From Oligoflexus sp. (GTDB lineage: Bacteria; Bdellovibrionota_B; Oligoflexia; Oligoflexales; Oligoflexaceae): a stretch of DNA of 22,914 nt. This document shows, in pieces, positions 8,660 to 17,537 of the stretch. The DNA is taken from assembly GCA_041736305.1 (NCBI GenBank), contig JBGSTX010000170.1:1-22914 (forward strand), given 5' to 3'. A program made the position numbers and the translations under genes. The notes below the pieces were generated by a model. It worked only from the letters and a program-made list of their open reading frames with translations, was not told the origin of the DNA and did not search any database. Each line of letters opens with the position of its first letter. Position 1 is the first letter of the stretch.

Positions 8660-9151
8660 CTAAGGCTTAAATAAGACGTCTGTATACCATTCCCAGGGCC
8701 CTTGTTTATAAAAATGAATTTCCAGCCCTAAGGCAATTCCTTTCCAGGGAAGAAATTCGAGCGCAATCTTCTCGTGTGCTGCCAGAGCTTGTTCGCGTGT
8801 GACTTTATTAACCAGAGTAACGTGTGGTCGAATTTTTTGCTGATCCTGCGGCTTAAGGAAAGAATCAAAGATCGAGTCAAGATGCTCCTTGAGAGCAAAA
8901 ATCTCGGGTGCATCGACTGTAGCACTGACGAAGCCTACGTTTTGATCGAGCTGCGAGAAAGCCAAGGGAAACACCTGCACTGCCTCTGCGAAGACACGCA
9001 TCTGCCCTTCAATCCAATGGAGGTGCTCGGCTGGAAGGTGGTGATAGAGAGTGAGGTGAGCATCTAGATGATTGCGGTCTGGAGGAAAAAAACGCTGCCG
9101 CCAGTCTCCGAGCCTTTGTTTTGATTCAGAGTCCAACTTGAGGGTGACCAC
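8660..9151 (-). CDS. 2H phosphoesterase (2'-5' RNA ligase family)
   Basis: Two HxT motifs (AHLTL, PHVTL). The start is uncertain: GTG 9151, or a non-canonical CTG at 9172 behind GAGG. Confidence 0.88.
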   Translation of the reverse strand: MVTLKLDSESKQRLGDWRQRFFPPDRNHLDAHLTLYHHLPAEHLHWIEGQMRVFAEAVQVFPLAFSQLDQNVGFVSATVDAPEIFALKEHLDSIFDSFLKPQDQQKIRPHVTLVNKVTREQALAAHEKIALEFLPWKGIALGLEIHFYKQGPWEWYTDVLFKP

Positions 9152-9376
9152 AATTGGTGAAGCGTATTTCAGGGCTAGACCTCGCTCAATGCACTCAGGA
9201 CGTCATTTTCCTAACCGTAAACTGAAAGAAGCGGAAGCACTTATTCCATGCTACCGCCTCCTAAACTGGATTTCGTTCTTCTCAATGGAAATTAATCTGA
9301 AATCTGGCCATTTTCACCTACTGCCAAGACGGGCAGGGATGGGATCTACCGAGCAGTAATCCCTCAGTTTTTCTGC

Positions 9377-9832
9377 TTACTTTTTAACCTTCAAAACACC
9401 CTTCATACCTAGCATGTCTCCATGGCCAGCCATAATGCATACGTAAGGGTAGCTTCCGGGTTCGGAGGGCAGAAAACTTACAGATTCTTCATCGCCGGGA
9501 GAAAGCGTCTTCGTCATCGTAATGATGGACGGATGTTTGCTCATCTTCTCGAGATCGTAGCCGCTCTTCTGGAGATCCTTGATGAACTCATCATAGGTTC
9601 CGGGTTTGAGAATAGCGACGTTGTGCAAAATCTCCGAGCCTTTTGCTGCTTGATTAAAGAAGCGGATTTTTATAGTGCTCCCGAAGGGAGCCTCGATCTC
9701 CCCCTTATCGAAGGCTATATCATTGCCACTGGTGCTGAGCTTTAAGTCCAATACTGCATTCTTATTCTGAGCGCTCAGGGCCCAGCCGGATGCTAGAAAA
9801 AACAGTGCAACGCCGTAGGCCCTCTTGCGCAT
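9377..9832 (-). CDS. Exported type-1 blue copper protein (azurin/auracyanin-like)
   Basis: Signal peptide (ALSA|Q), 'HNV' His ligand, 'GSYPYVCIMAGHGDMLGMKGVL' (C-x4-H-x5-M). Confidence 0.9.
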   Translation of the reverse strand: MRKRAYGVALFFLASGWALSAQNKNAVLDLKLSTSGNDIAFDKGEIEAPFGSTIKIRFFNQAAKGSEILHNVAILKPGTYDEFIKDLQKSGYDLEKMSKHPSIITMTKTLSPGDEESVSFLPSEPGSYPYVCIMAGHGDMLGMKGVLKVKK

Positions 9833-9840
9833 CTCGTCTC

Positions 9841-10164
9841 CTAGTTTTTTACCGTGACTTTTAGTTTCATTTTAGGATGAATTGCACAGCGAACTTCTGC
9901 GTCGCCAGGTGATTCAAACTTATGCGATGTTTCCGTGCCAGATTTTTGGATACCGAGATTAAATTTCATGCCTTCTGTTGAGGCGAATACGTTATGGGAT
10001 GTATCATCATCATTCTTGAAAATAATAGTGTCGCCTGGTGCAAGGCTGATGTCAGTCGGAGAAAAAAGCTTGCCCTTTTGCGTGATAACGTGCTCTTTAG
10101 CCAGCCCGTGACTGGCGAAGCCGAGCATGAACAAGGGAATTAGGAATCTGTTGAGTTTCGTCAA
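9841..10164 (-). CDS. Small exported cupredoxin (amicyanin/plastocyanin-like)
   Basis: Signal peptide (HGLA|KE), 'FSP', 'GDTI', 'SHNV', and CAIHPKM (short C-x2-H-x2-M loop as in amicyanin). TTG start after GAGGAG. Confidence 0.9.
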   Translation of the reverse strand: MTKLNRFLIPLFMLGFASHGLAKEHVITQKGKLFSPTDISLAPGDTIIFKNDDDTSHNVFASTEGMKFNLGIQKSGTETSHKFESPGDAEVRCAIHPKMKLKVTVKN

Positions 10165-10182
10165 GTGAATTCTCCTCTTATT

Positions 10183-11208
10183 TTAACGTGGCAAAATAGG
10201 AATTCGAACCGCTTTGTCCTGACTGGTCAAAGTCTTTAAAAATTCGACGAGATCTGATTTTTCCTTTTCACTCAGTCGAAGGGGCCGGATATGTTCAGAG
10301 ATGCTAGGGCGTTTGGATTTCCCGCCTTGGTTGTAGAATTCTACCACGTCTTCCAGCGTCACTTCACTTCCATCGTGCATATAAGGTCCACGATGATCGA
10401 CGTTGCGCAGAGTTGGTGTCTTGAAAGCATGCTGCATAACTTCAATATCGGGAAGTATCTTGCCCCTGCCTTTGTCTTCGTCTGCTAATCCAATGTCGTG
10501 GAAGCTGTCGTCTGTAAACCGCCATCCGCTGTGGCACTTCGAACAGAGAGCTTTGCCATTGAAGATCTCAAATCCCATCTTGGCCTCAGAGCTAATCGCC
10601 TTTTCATTGCCCTTTATCCAGCGATCAAAAGGGGCAGTCCCCGAGACCACGGTCCGCTCGAAAGTTGCGAGAGCCTTCGCAACTGTCGAAGTAGTCAGGC
10701 CTTCATCCGGGAAAGCTTTGGCAAAAAGCTCAACATAGCCTGGGATCGCTTGCAGTTTCTGCAGCATACGATCATGAGGCAAATTCATCTCACCCTCTTC
10801 CGAGACAGGCGCTAAAGCTTGGGATTCCAGGCTATCAAAGCGTCCATCCCACATCATGAGTTCGCCCCACGCGAGATTCAGTATAGTCGGGGTGCGACGT
10901 CCCAGACTCTTCATCCCGCTGCCTATCCCCTTCGCCAGCCCATCTCCCCAAGAAAAAGCCGGATTATGGCAAGTGGCGCAAGAAATCCAGTTGGACCCAG
11001 ATAATCTTGGGTCGAAAAACAAAGTGCGACCCAGATTTTCACTTAGACGCGTATGCGGATTATCCTTTGGAAAAGGTATCGATTGAGGCCGAAGATATTC
11101 ATTCCGCATTGATGTAAGTGATTTATCAGCCTTTGCATCGGTCCCCACATTCCATAATAAAACCAAAGTTAAAGACAACTTAGAGGCGATCAGACGTCTA
11201 GTATTCAT
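10183..11208 (-). CDS. Di-haem cytochrome c peroxidase superfamily enzyme, MauG-type
   Basis: Signal peptide, 'LGRTLFFDPRLS', CATCH, 'MWDGR', 'EM', CSKCH, 'FKTPTLRN..GPYMHDGS..TLEDVVEFYN'. There is Tyr at the position where canonical bCcP has its axial Met. Confidence 0.93.
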   Translation of the reverse strand: MNTRRLIASKLSLTLVLLWNVGTDAKADKSLTSMRNEYLRPQSIPFPKDNPHTRLSENLGRTLFFDPRLSGSNWISCATCHNPAFSWGDGLAKGIGSGMKSLGRRTPTILNLAWGELMMWDGRFDSLESQALAPVSEEGEMNLPHDRMLQKLQAIPGYVELFAKAFPDEGLTTSTVAKALATFERTVVSGTAPFDRWIKGNEKAISSEAKMGFEIFNGKALCSKCHSGWRFTDDSFHDIGLADEDKGRGKILPDIEVMQHAFKTPTLRNVDHRGPYMHDGSEVTLEDVVEFYNQGGKSKRPSISEHIRPLRLSEKEKSDLVEFLKTLTSQDKAVRIPILPR

Positions 11209-11365
11209 TGTGTCATACTCCTTCTTCCTGCAAAAAATATGGGACCAATTCGAATAGAAAAAATGAGTCTTAGGGAGTGAGACGAGAGGCTAAGAAAATT
11301 TATCTTCATTTAGGGTCCTGTTTTACCGATCTCCAAGCTCAAGAAGTTTTTGGTGTGGAGGCAAG

Positions 11366-13462
11366 ATGCTGCTGGTTAAATTTAAAAAAATGTCTTTAGC
11401 CTCGAGATTCTATCTCACCCTTCTCATACCCCTGATTTTTGTTTCTATTGCTGTGACCTACATGACGTTTGTCGGGCTAGAGAACAACGCAGCCAACCTC
11501 GGAAAAGTGCTCGCGATAGAATCAAAAGCCAATCGTATCCTCTCGCTTCTATTGGTGCAGGACGATGCGACGAAAGCCTTGCTCATCGACCCCAACCAGC
11601 TAGAGACCTTCTCGACCAAAAAAATCGAAGCTTACGACGAGCACAAGAAGCTTCTCGCGGAAGTTCACGACGAAGCCGGTCAAGGAAAAATGCAGGACAT
11701 CATAAAGGCCTTGACAGAAATCGATGAGAAAAAGCTCAGGCCTATAGATACTCAGGTGCTCGAGAAACTTTTTGAAAACATCGATGACGCCCGGAAGATG
11801 TATTTTGAACAGTATGAAAAAGAAAAAAAGGACTATGAAAAGCTTATAAGAAATTTGGCAGAGATCGGTACAAGGACTTTGCATGATGCCGGTGAGGAGC
11901 TACATGTAAAGAACTTGAGTTCATTGGCTAGCATCGTCTTGGCTCTCATTCTGGGAGTTATCATCGTCGCGGCTACCATAAGCGTGCTAGCCAAGCAGGT
12001 CGAGAAGTCGGAAGAGAATACCCGGAGTCTTCTCGCGGTTCTTGAAGAGGGTCTCTTCTTCTTCGATGTAAGCGGGCGCATAGCTGACGAACGCTCACAG
12101 GCCCTTAGTTCCATTCTGCAAGACTCTGATAAGATTAAAAGTTTACAGGACTTTTTCGCGAGATATACTAATACCGAGGTGGCGAACGTTGAGACTTGCC
12201 TAGGGCTACTTTGGAACCAAGAAGACGATGGCTTTTTCAGCGATTTTTCGACCACAATATCTCTCTTGCCCCGCCAGTTCACGATCGAAGGCGATCGAAC
12301 GATCTCACTTAACTATCGTCCTCTTTATAATACAGCAAAGCAGCTGCAAAGAGTCATAGTTGTGGTGAGCGATGTGACAGAAAAATTGAAAAGAGAGCGA
12401 AATGCGATCTTGCAGGCCGAGAGGGTTAAGAAGATTTCTCGGGTTGCAGCCGACAGTCAGACCTATTTCAGCTTTATGGATGAAAGCATTGCTCTCTTCC
12501 GAAGAGCCGATCATCTCTTTGCAACTCAAGGAAAATTGGCTCCCAACGAGCTTATACAATTAAAGAGAGACCTGCATACTATCAAGGGTTCTATCGGTAC
12601 TTTTGATTTCAATCAGCTAGCTAGCCAGATTCATGATCTCGAGACTTTGCTGGAAGAGCAGAGCAGTGAATCTGAGCGTGTAAAATCATCCTGGGAGCGA
12701 ATCAAAGACCAGTGGAAATTTGAGACTACAGACATTGATCAGGTGCTCGGATTAAAAACCCAGAGCGACAAACTGACTATGCTTAGGTCAAAGTTTGAGA
12801 AAATGCAGGCTCATGCCCGCAGTAGCGCGAATGAAACCTGGCTATCGCTCCTCGAAGATAGTCTTCGCTATCCGATCCAAGAAGTATTCTCAAAGTACGA
12901 AAGCTATCTCGACAAGCAGAGCCAGAAGTATGGGGATAAGCAGGTACGATTGAGCTTTGCTCTCGATAGTGCCGACTTTTCGCACCAGGAAATCCAGAGC
13001 ATCGATGGGGCACTCATTCATATCTTTCGGAACTGTCTCGACCATGGAATAGAGGATGTCGAATCCCGACAGAGGGCCCACAAAGCCGCTTACGGCACGA
13101 TCCACATTTCGGGCTTTCGCCTCAACGACGGTGGACTGCACATTGTGATTAAAGATGACGGCCAGGGAATTAATGCAGAGAAACTGGCACAAAAAGCCCT
13201 GGATCGCGGCATTTGGAAGGCCGAGAAAGCACGGACGGCTAGTCATCAGGAGAAGGTCGAACTGATCTTTCAGCCCAATCTTTCGACAAAAGATAGCGTG
13301 ACCGAGTTATCGGGAAGAGGGGTCGGAATGGATGCGGTGAAAGACCAGCTCGAAAAGCTTGGAGGTCGCATCTCCGTCCACTCTCAGCCCCATATCGGCA
13401 CTCAATTTGAATTAGATCTGCCATCAGCAAAGTCAAATACACTTCTGCGCAAGGCATCTTAG
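11366..13462 (+). CDS. Membrane-bound CheA-like (class II) sensor histidine kinase: TM - periplasmic helical domain - TM - PAS-like - Hpt - HATPase
   Basis: Two TM helices. Hpt 'RDLHTIKG...IHDLETLL', N-box 'HIFRNCLDHGIE', G1 'DDGQGI', F-box 'IFQPNLST', G2 'SGRGVGMD'. The protein ends without a CheW domain. Confidence 0.92.
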   Translation: MLLVKFKKMSLASRFYLTLLIPLIFVSIAVTYMTFVGLENNAANLGKVLAIESKANRILSLLLVQDDATKALLIDPNQLETFSTKKIEAYDEHKKLLAEVHDEAGQGKMQDIIKALTEIDEKKLRPIDTQVLEKLFENIDDARKMYFEQYEKEKKDYEKLIRNLAEIGTRTLHDAGEELHVKNLSSLASIVLALILGVIIVAATISVLAKQVEKSEENTRSLLAVLEEGLFFFDVSGRIADERSQALSSILQDSDKIKSLQDFFARYTNTEVANVETCLGLLWNQEDDGFFSDFSTTISLLPRQFTIEGDRTISLNYRPLYNTAKQLQRVIVVVSDVTEKLKRERNAILQAERVKKISRVAADSQTYFSFMDESIALFRRADHLFATQGKLAPNELIQLKRDLHTIKGSIGTFDFNQLASQIHDLETLLEEQSSESERVKSSWERIKDQWKFETTDIDQVLGLKTQSDKLTMLRSKFEKMQAHARSSANETWLSLLEDSLRYPIQEVFSKYESYLDKQSQKYGDKQVRLSFALDSADFSHQEIQSIDGALIHIFRNCLDHGIEDVESRQRAHKAAYGTIHISGFRLNDGGLHIVIKDDGQGINAEKLAQKALDRGIWKAEKARTASHQEKVELIFQPNLSTKDSVTELSGRGVGMDAVKDQLEKLGGRISVHSQPHIGTQFELDLPSAKSNTLLRKAS

Positions 13463-13466
13463 ATTC

Positions 13467-14171
13467 TTAACCTGCTATCATGTCGAAGAGCATCATCTCA
13501 GCATCCTCGTTCGCTTTCACGGCGAGGAACTTCTCTTCACTGAGAGCTAGAGCGTCGCCAGCCAGGAGGCGTTCGCCGAAAACTTCAATGCTCCCTTTTA
13601 TCACCTGCAACCAGTATCCTCGATCCGGCTTGGTTGGGAAATACAGCTGTTCGCCGGCTTTTAGCTTTGAAATATAGATATCAGCATCCTGATGGATAGG
13701 AATGGATTCGTCCCGTCCATCCTGGGAAACTACTAGCACGAGATTCTTCGTGTCCAACTCTTCCGCAAACGATCGCTGTCCGTAACCTGGTTTGACTCCC
13801 TCTTTGTTAGGGATAATCCAGATTTGCAGAAAATAGGCTTCACTTACCGCGTCATCATTGTGCTCAGAATGCATGATGCCTGAACCTGCACTCATTCTCT
13901 GCACGTCGCCTGGACGAATAACTGTTGTGTTACCCATAGAGTCCTGATGTCTAAGTGCGCCTTGCATCACGTAGGAGATTATCTCCATATCGCGATGGGG
14001 ATGTTGCCCAAATCCCGTGCCACCCTTAATACGATCCTCATTGATCACCCGGAGGGGGCCAAAGTTCATATGTTCAGAGTCGTAATATGAAGCGAAAGAA
14101 AAAGTATGCCGCGAAGTTAGCCATCCGTGCTGGGCTAAGCCACGGTCTTCAGAACGTCTTATTTTTAACAT
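13467..14171 (-). CDS. Pirin family protein (YhhW-like bicupin)
   Basis: 'HGWLTSRHTFSFASYYD', 'FGPLRVINED', 'GFGQHPHRDMEIISYV', 'HQDSMGN', 'MSAGSGIMHSE', 'FLQIWI'. Confidence 0.97.
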   Translation of the reverse strand: MLKIRRSEDRGLAQHGWLTSRHTFSFASYYDSEHMNFGPLRVINEDRIKGGTGFGQHPHRDMEIISYVMQGALRHQDSMGNTTVIRPGDVQRMSAGSGIMHSEHNDDAVSEAYFLQIWIIPNKEGVKPGYGQRSFAEELDTKNLVLVVSQDGRDESIPIHQDADIYISKLKAGEQLYFPTKPDRGYWLQVIKGSIEVFGERLLAGDALALSEEKFLAVKANEDAEMMLFDMIAG

Positions 14172-14238
14172 GGGAATCCTCCGATTTTCGATGAAGATAC
14201 GCCTGCTGCAATCCCACCTGATAAGACTAATATCGGCA

Positions 14239-14298
14239 TATAAGTATATAAATAAATTATATAAAGTATCATATCTATATTAATTTAATTTATATAGA
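14239..14298. promoter_or_regulatory. AT-rich divergent control region with dyads, likely LysR-type binding sites
   Basis: TATATAA-N5-TTATATA (14245-14263) and TCTATAT-N11-ATATAGA (14274-14298) lie between the divergent pirin and LysR genes. Confidence 0.55.
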
Positions 14299-14306
14299 GG
14301 CTCTCT

Positions 14307-15224
14307 ATGACTCTAGATCAACTCGAAATTATGGAACTCATTGTAGAGAAAGGCAGTTTTAAGGCTGCGGCTGAACATCTCCATCGGACCCAGCCAACTT
14401 TGAGCATAGCCATTAAGAAGCTTGAGACTGAATTTTCGATAACGATTTTCAATCGAGAGACTTATCGTCCGACTCTAACGGATGAAGGGCGGGTATTTCT
14501 TAACTGGGCTCGTCCCTGTTTGGACGCCTTTAGAAAACTTCAAGTCGTCGGAGAGGAACTAGGTACTCAAAAAGTAGAAGTCGAGCTTCTTGTTGGAGTC
14601 GACCCTCTCGTTCGATGGGAACTGCTCAGGGGTCTTTTTGAAAGCTGTCTTAGCAAAACCAGACCTACTGAACTCGTGCTAAGTTCAGTAATTCTCGATC
14701 AAGGCCTCGAGCAGGTCGCTGATGGATCGCTTCATTTCGCAATTTCGCCGAAGAGATTTGAGCACTCTGGCATCGAAAGTCTCTTGTTCGATAGAGTGAC
14801 TCTCATGCCAGTCATCAATCGACAACTTGCCGATGGGCTTAGTAGTTTTGATCCTGCTTGGCTCCGCGAGCAGCCCCAGATCGTCGTGCGTTCATCGACG
14901 GAGCCTCTGCTGTCTGGGTCGCAGCATGATTTAGGACTGCTGAAAGGCGGTAAGCGATTTTATGTTGGCGACCACGGTATGAAGAAGGAGCTTATCATGC
15001 GCGGGATTGGATGGGGGCGCTTAGCGCTCCACGAAATAGCAAAGGAGCTCGAAAGCGGGGAGTTAATTCCTATCGATGATCCATCTGTAAGTAATCGGGA
15101 TCTCGAACTCTGTGTTATGCGTAAGCTTGATCGACCCCTTGGACCGGTCAGCCGCGAATTTTGGACGATGCTCGAGAAACTTGCACAGGCACAGAATGCA
15201 AAGCTAAGTTCGCTCAGACCCTAA
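14307..15224 (+). CDS. LysR-type transcriptional regulator
   Basis: N-terminal wHTH 'GSFKAAAEHLHRTQPTLSIAIKKLE...IFNR...LTDEG', 305 aa. Divergent from pirin, a common arrangement. Confidence 0.95.
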   Translation: MTLDQLEIMELIVEKGSFKAAAEHLHRTQPTLSIAIKKLETEFSITIFNRETYRPTLTDEGRVFLNWARPCLDAFRKLQVVGEELGTQKVEVELLVGVDPLVRWELLRGLFESCLSKTRPTELVLSSVILDQGLEQVADGSLHFAISPKRFEHSGIESLLFDRVTLMPVINRQLADGLSSFDPAWLREQPQIVVRSSTEPLLSGSQHDLGLLKGGKRFYVGDHGMKKELIMRGIGWGRLALHEIAKELESGELIPIDDPSVSNRDLELCVMRKLDRPLGPVSREFWTMLEKLAQAQNAKLSSLRP

Positions 15225-16384
15225 ACCTGAGGCTCTTTTTTTAGAATGCCAAAACCTCTGCGTAACAAATACACATTGGCTATCATGCAGACTAGAAAGA
15301 AAAGCAGCAGATTGGAAAGCGCGTGTAGATAGCTTGAAAGTCCCAGAGGGCCGAGATAAATTCTGCGAATCTCGTCGGCAAAATAGGTTATCGGGAAAAA
15401 GTATCCAAATATTTTCACATCGAGGGTCAAGAGGTGGGAAGGCCATGAATAGCCGGAGGAAAAGAATCCGGGCAAGGAATAAAAAAGTAGAGTGATGAGC
15501 ACGGAGATACGATCTTTAAACACATGAGAAAGCAGGAATCCAAAGGCAGCCGTAGCCAGTCCAAAGACCCCACAAAGAAGGTAGGCCGCAGGCAGGTTTT
15601 CGCTCATGATAGGAATTCTAAAGACAAATTGTAAGCCGAAGAGATAGAGCACTGAAAGTACAAGATTGATGAGAGTATAAGGCAGGATAGTCGCCAGAAT
15701 AAAATCCAAAGCCTGTCGGGGGGAGCGCGGGAAATGGACCATTAATTGCTTTTCCCGCTGTTCGACAATAGAGAAGCAGAGTCCCACGATTACAATTTGC
15801 TGCAAAATCACGAAGAGCAGTCCAGGAACGGTTGCATCAGCGTAGTTGAAAGCTGGATTGAATAGAGGATGTAAATCCAACTTGAGAGGCTGGGCAAGGC
15901 CATTGGCTTTACTGCGATGGAGACCGCGAGATTGGGCAAATCCCACCATCGAAGCGCCCGAGACTGTGCCAGCAACGCTAGATGCTGAACCGACCAGAGG
16001 TCCCGCAAGAGTCAAGTTCGACGAAGAAACGGCCAGAGCTGCAGCTGTTCCAAGGCGTTTTTTAAAGCGCTTTTCAAAATTGCTGGGGAAAAAGAGGAGG
16101 CCATGAACATCATGGACATCTAACGCCGCTTTGCCCTCGCTCAGGTCCGTATAATAATTCTTGACCTCCGCTCCTTCCGTAGCGTCGATCATGCGAACGA
16201 CCTGTCTTGAAAGGCGTGAATCGTCTAAATCCACCACGCCCAGAGGAACATCTGTAACGCGCCTACTCGAGTAGACTGAAGGGATCAGAATGCCGTAAAG
16301 TATAGGGCCAGCAATCACTATAGAGCGCAAGTCAGCACTCTTTAGAATGGCTTTTAGGTTTTGCATGAAGAGAGACTGTTTCAT
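15221..16384 (-). CDS. ABC-2 type permease (YhhJ/YbhR-like)
   Basis: TM1, 'VPLGVVDLDDSRLSRQVVRMIDAT' periplasmic domain, 'FNPAFNY...PG', 5 further TMs, 'SGYSWP'. Confidence 0.9.
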   Translation of the reverse strand: MKQSLFMQNLKAILKSADLRSIVIAGPILYGILIPSVYSSRRVTDVPLGVVDLDDSRLSRQVVRMIDATEGAEVKNYYTDLSEGKAALDVHDVHGLLFFPSNFEKRFKKRLGTAAALAVSSSNLTLAGPLVGSASSVAGTVSGASMVGFAQSRGLHRSKANGLAQPLKLDLHPLFNPAFNYADATVPGLLFVILQQIVIVGLCFSIVEQREKQLMVHFPRSPRQALDFILATILPYTLINLVLSVLYLFGLQFVFRIPIMSENLPAAYLLCGVFGLATAAFGFLLSHVFKDRISVLITLLFYSLPGFFSSGYSWPSHLLTLDVKIFGYFFPITYFADEIRRIYLGPLGLSSYLHALSNLLLFFLVCMIANVYLLRRGFGILKKEPQV

Positions 16385-17535
16385 AGGGGAAGCTCCTTCT
16401 GCTTTTTTAAGCCCCTATAGGCTGCCCAGAGCCCAAGCGCGCTGAGTAAAAGAAGGTGGCCGGCTTCCATGCGAAGGGAGCTCAATGGAGCACCCTCTTG
16501 AAGGAGCTTGCGGAACCCGGAAAGATAGGGGGTTAGGGGAAAAATCTGGGCGAGCCAGACAAGGACAGTGGGGGTAGCTTGCGCCGGCCAAATATACCCC
16601 GAAAGAGTAAAAGCCGGTCCGGTCACAACTAAGACGGACTTCAACGTTGCGACAGTGTCTGTTCCCTTAGACGAGAGGGCGAGACCATAGCTTAGTGATG
16701 CCAAGACTAATAAGCTTGAGAAGCCTATTGCGGCCAGCGTGGAACCCTGGATGGGTATGCCAAAAAAAGGAAATATTCCAAAGAAGTAGCTGCTAAATAT
16801 AACAGTGCCGATCAAAATGTAAGGCGTAATTTTGCCAAACAAAAGCTTCCAGACCTTTTGCTCAGCCAGAGCCCAAAGCTCAGGGCCTCTTCCTAGCTCG
16901 AATTCTCTCACAAAACCAAGGGCACCGAAAACCACCAGGAGTTGAAACAGAACCGCCGCCCAGATGCCGGGGACAACGTAGTTCTGATAATTGAATCCTG
17001 GATTGTGAATGCGAGCTATTTCTATGGTCAGGGATTGAGCGAGAGCCAGAGCTCTCTTGCTGCTACTGCCCATCTTTTTTAAATAGCGTAACTGAATCCC
17101 AGTCGAGATGGTTCCAATAACGCTTCTCAGATCAGAATTAGCCTGATTAGCGAAGCTCAGATTGGAGGCATCGACATAAGCCGATACAGTGGCAACGAGA
17201 CCTCGCTTCAGGTCCCTTTCTAAGTGGCGCGGGATAATGAGTCCCGCAGCGATTTCCCCATTCAAGAGAAGCTGTTTCATCTCTTCTTCGGAGTCGAGAT
17301 GCATTCTTAGGTCTAGACCGCGAGTCGCATCAATGTTGCGAATTATGAGACGTGAAAGCTGAGAATGATCTTGATCGAGGACGGCGAAGGGAAGGCCCGA
17401 CACGACCCGAGCTGAGTAGACCCTCCCGAACATCAGTCCGAGTAAGAGGGGAAATCCGCAGACGAGAAGCAGAAAACCCTTGTGGCGGAATATCCTCTTG
17501 AATTCTCGAAGAGTGAACGCGTAAAGAAAATCCAT
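16381..17535 (-). CDS. ABC-2 type permease (YbhS-like)
   Basis: 'REFKRI', 'VLDQDHSQLSRLIIRNIDAT', 'HNPGFNY..YVVPG', 'LSGYIWP'. ATGA overlap with the next gene. Confidence 0.9.
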   Translation of the reverse strand: MDFLYAFTLREFKRIFRHKGFLLLVCGFPLLLGLMFGRVYSARVVSGLPFAVLDQDHSQLSRLIIRNIDATRGLDLRMHLDSEEEMKQLLLNGEIAAGLIIPRHLERDLKRGLVATVSAYVDASNLSFANQANSDLRSVIGTISTGIQLRYLKKMGSSSKRALALAQSLTIEIARIHNPGFNYQNYVVPGIWAAVLFQLLVVFGALGFVREFELGRGPELWALAEQKVWKLLFGKITPYILIGTVIFSSYFFGIFPFFGIPIQGSTLAAIGFSSLLVLASLSYGLALSSKGTDTVATLKSVLVVTGPAFTLSGYIWPAQATPTVLVWLAQIFPLTPYLSGFRKLLQEGAPLSSLRMEAGHLLLLSALGLWAAYRGLKKQKELPL

Positions 17536-17537
17536 AT

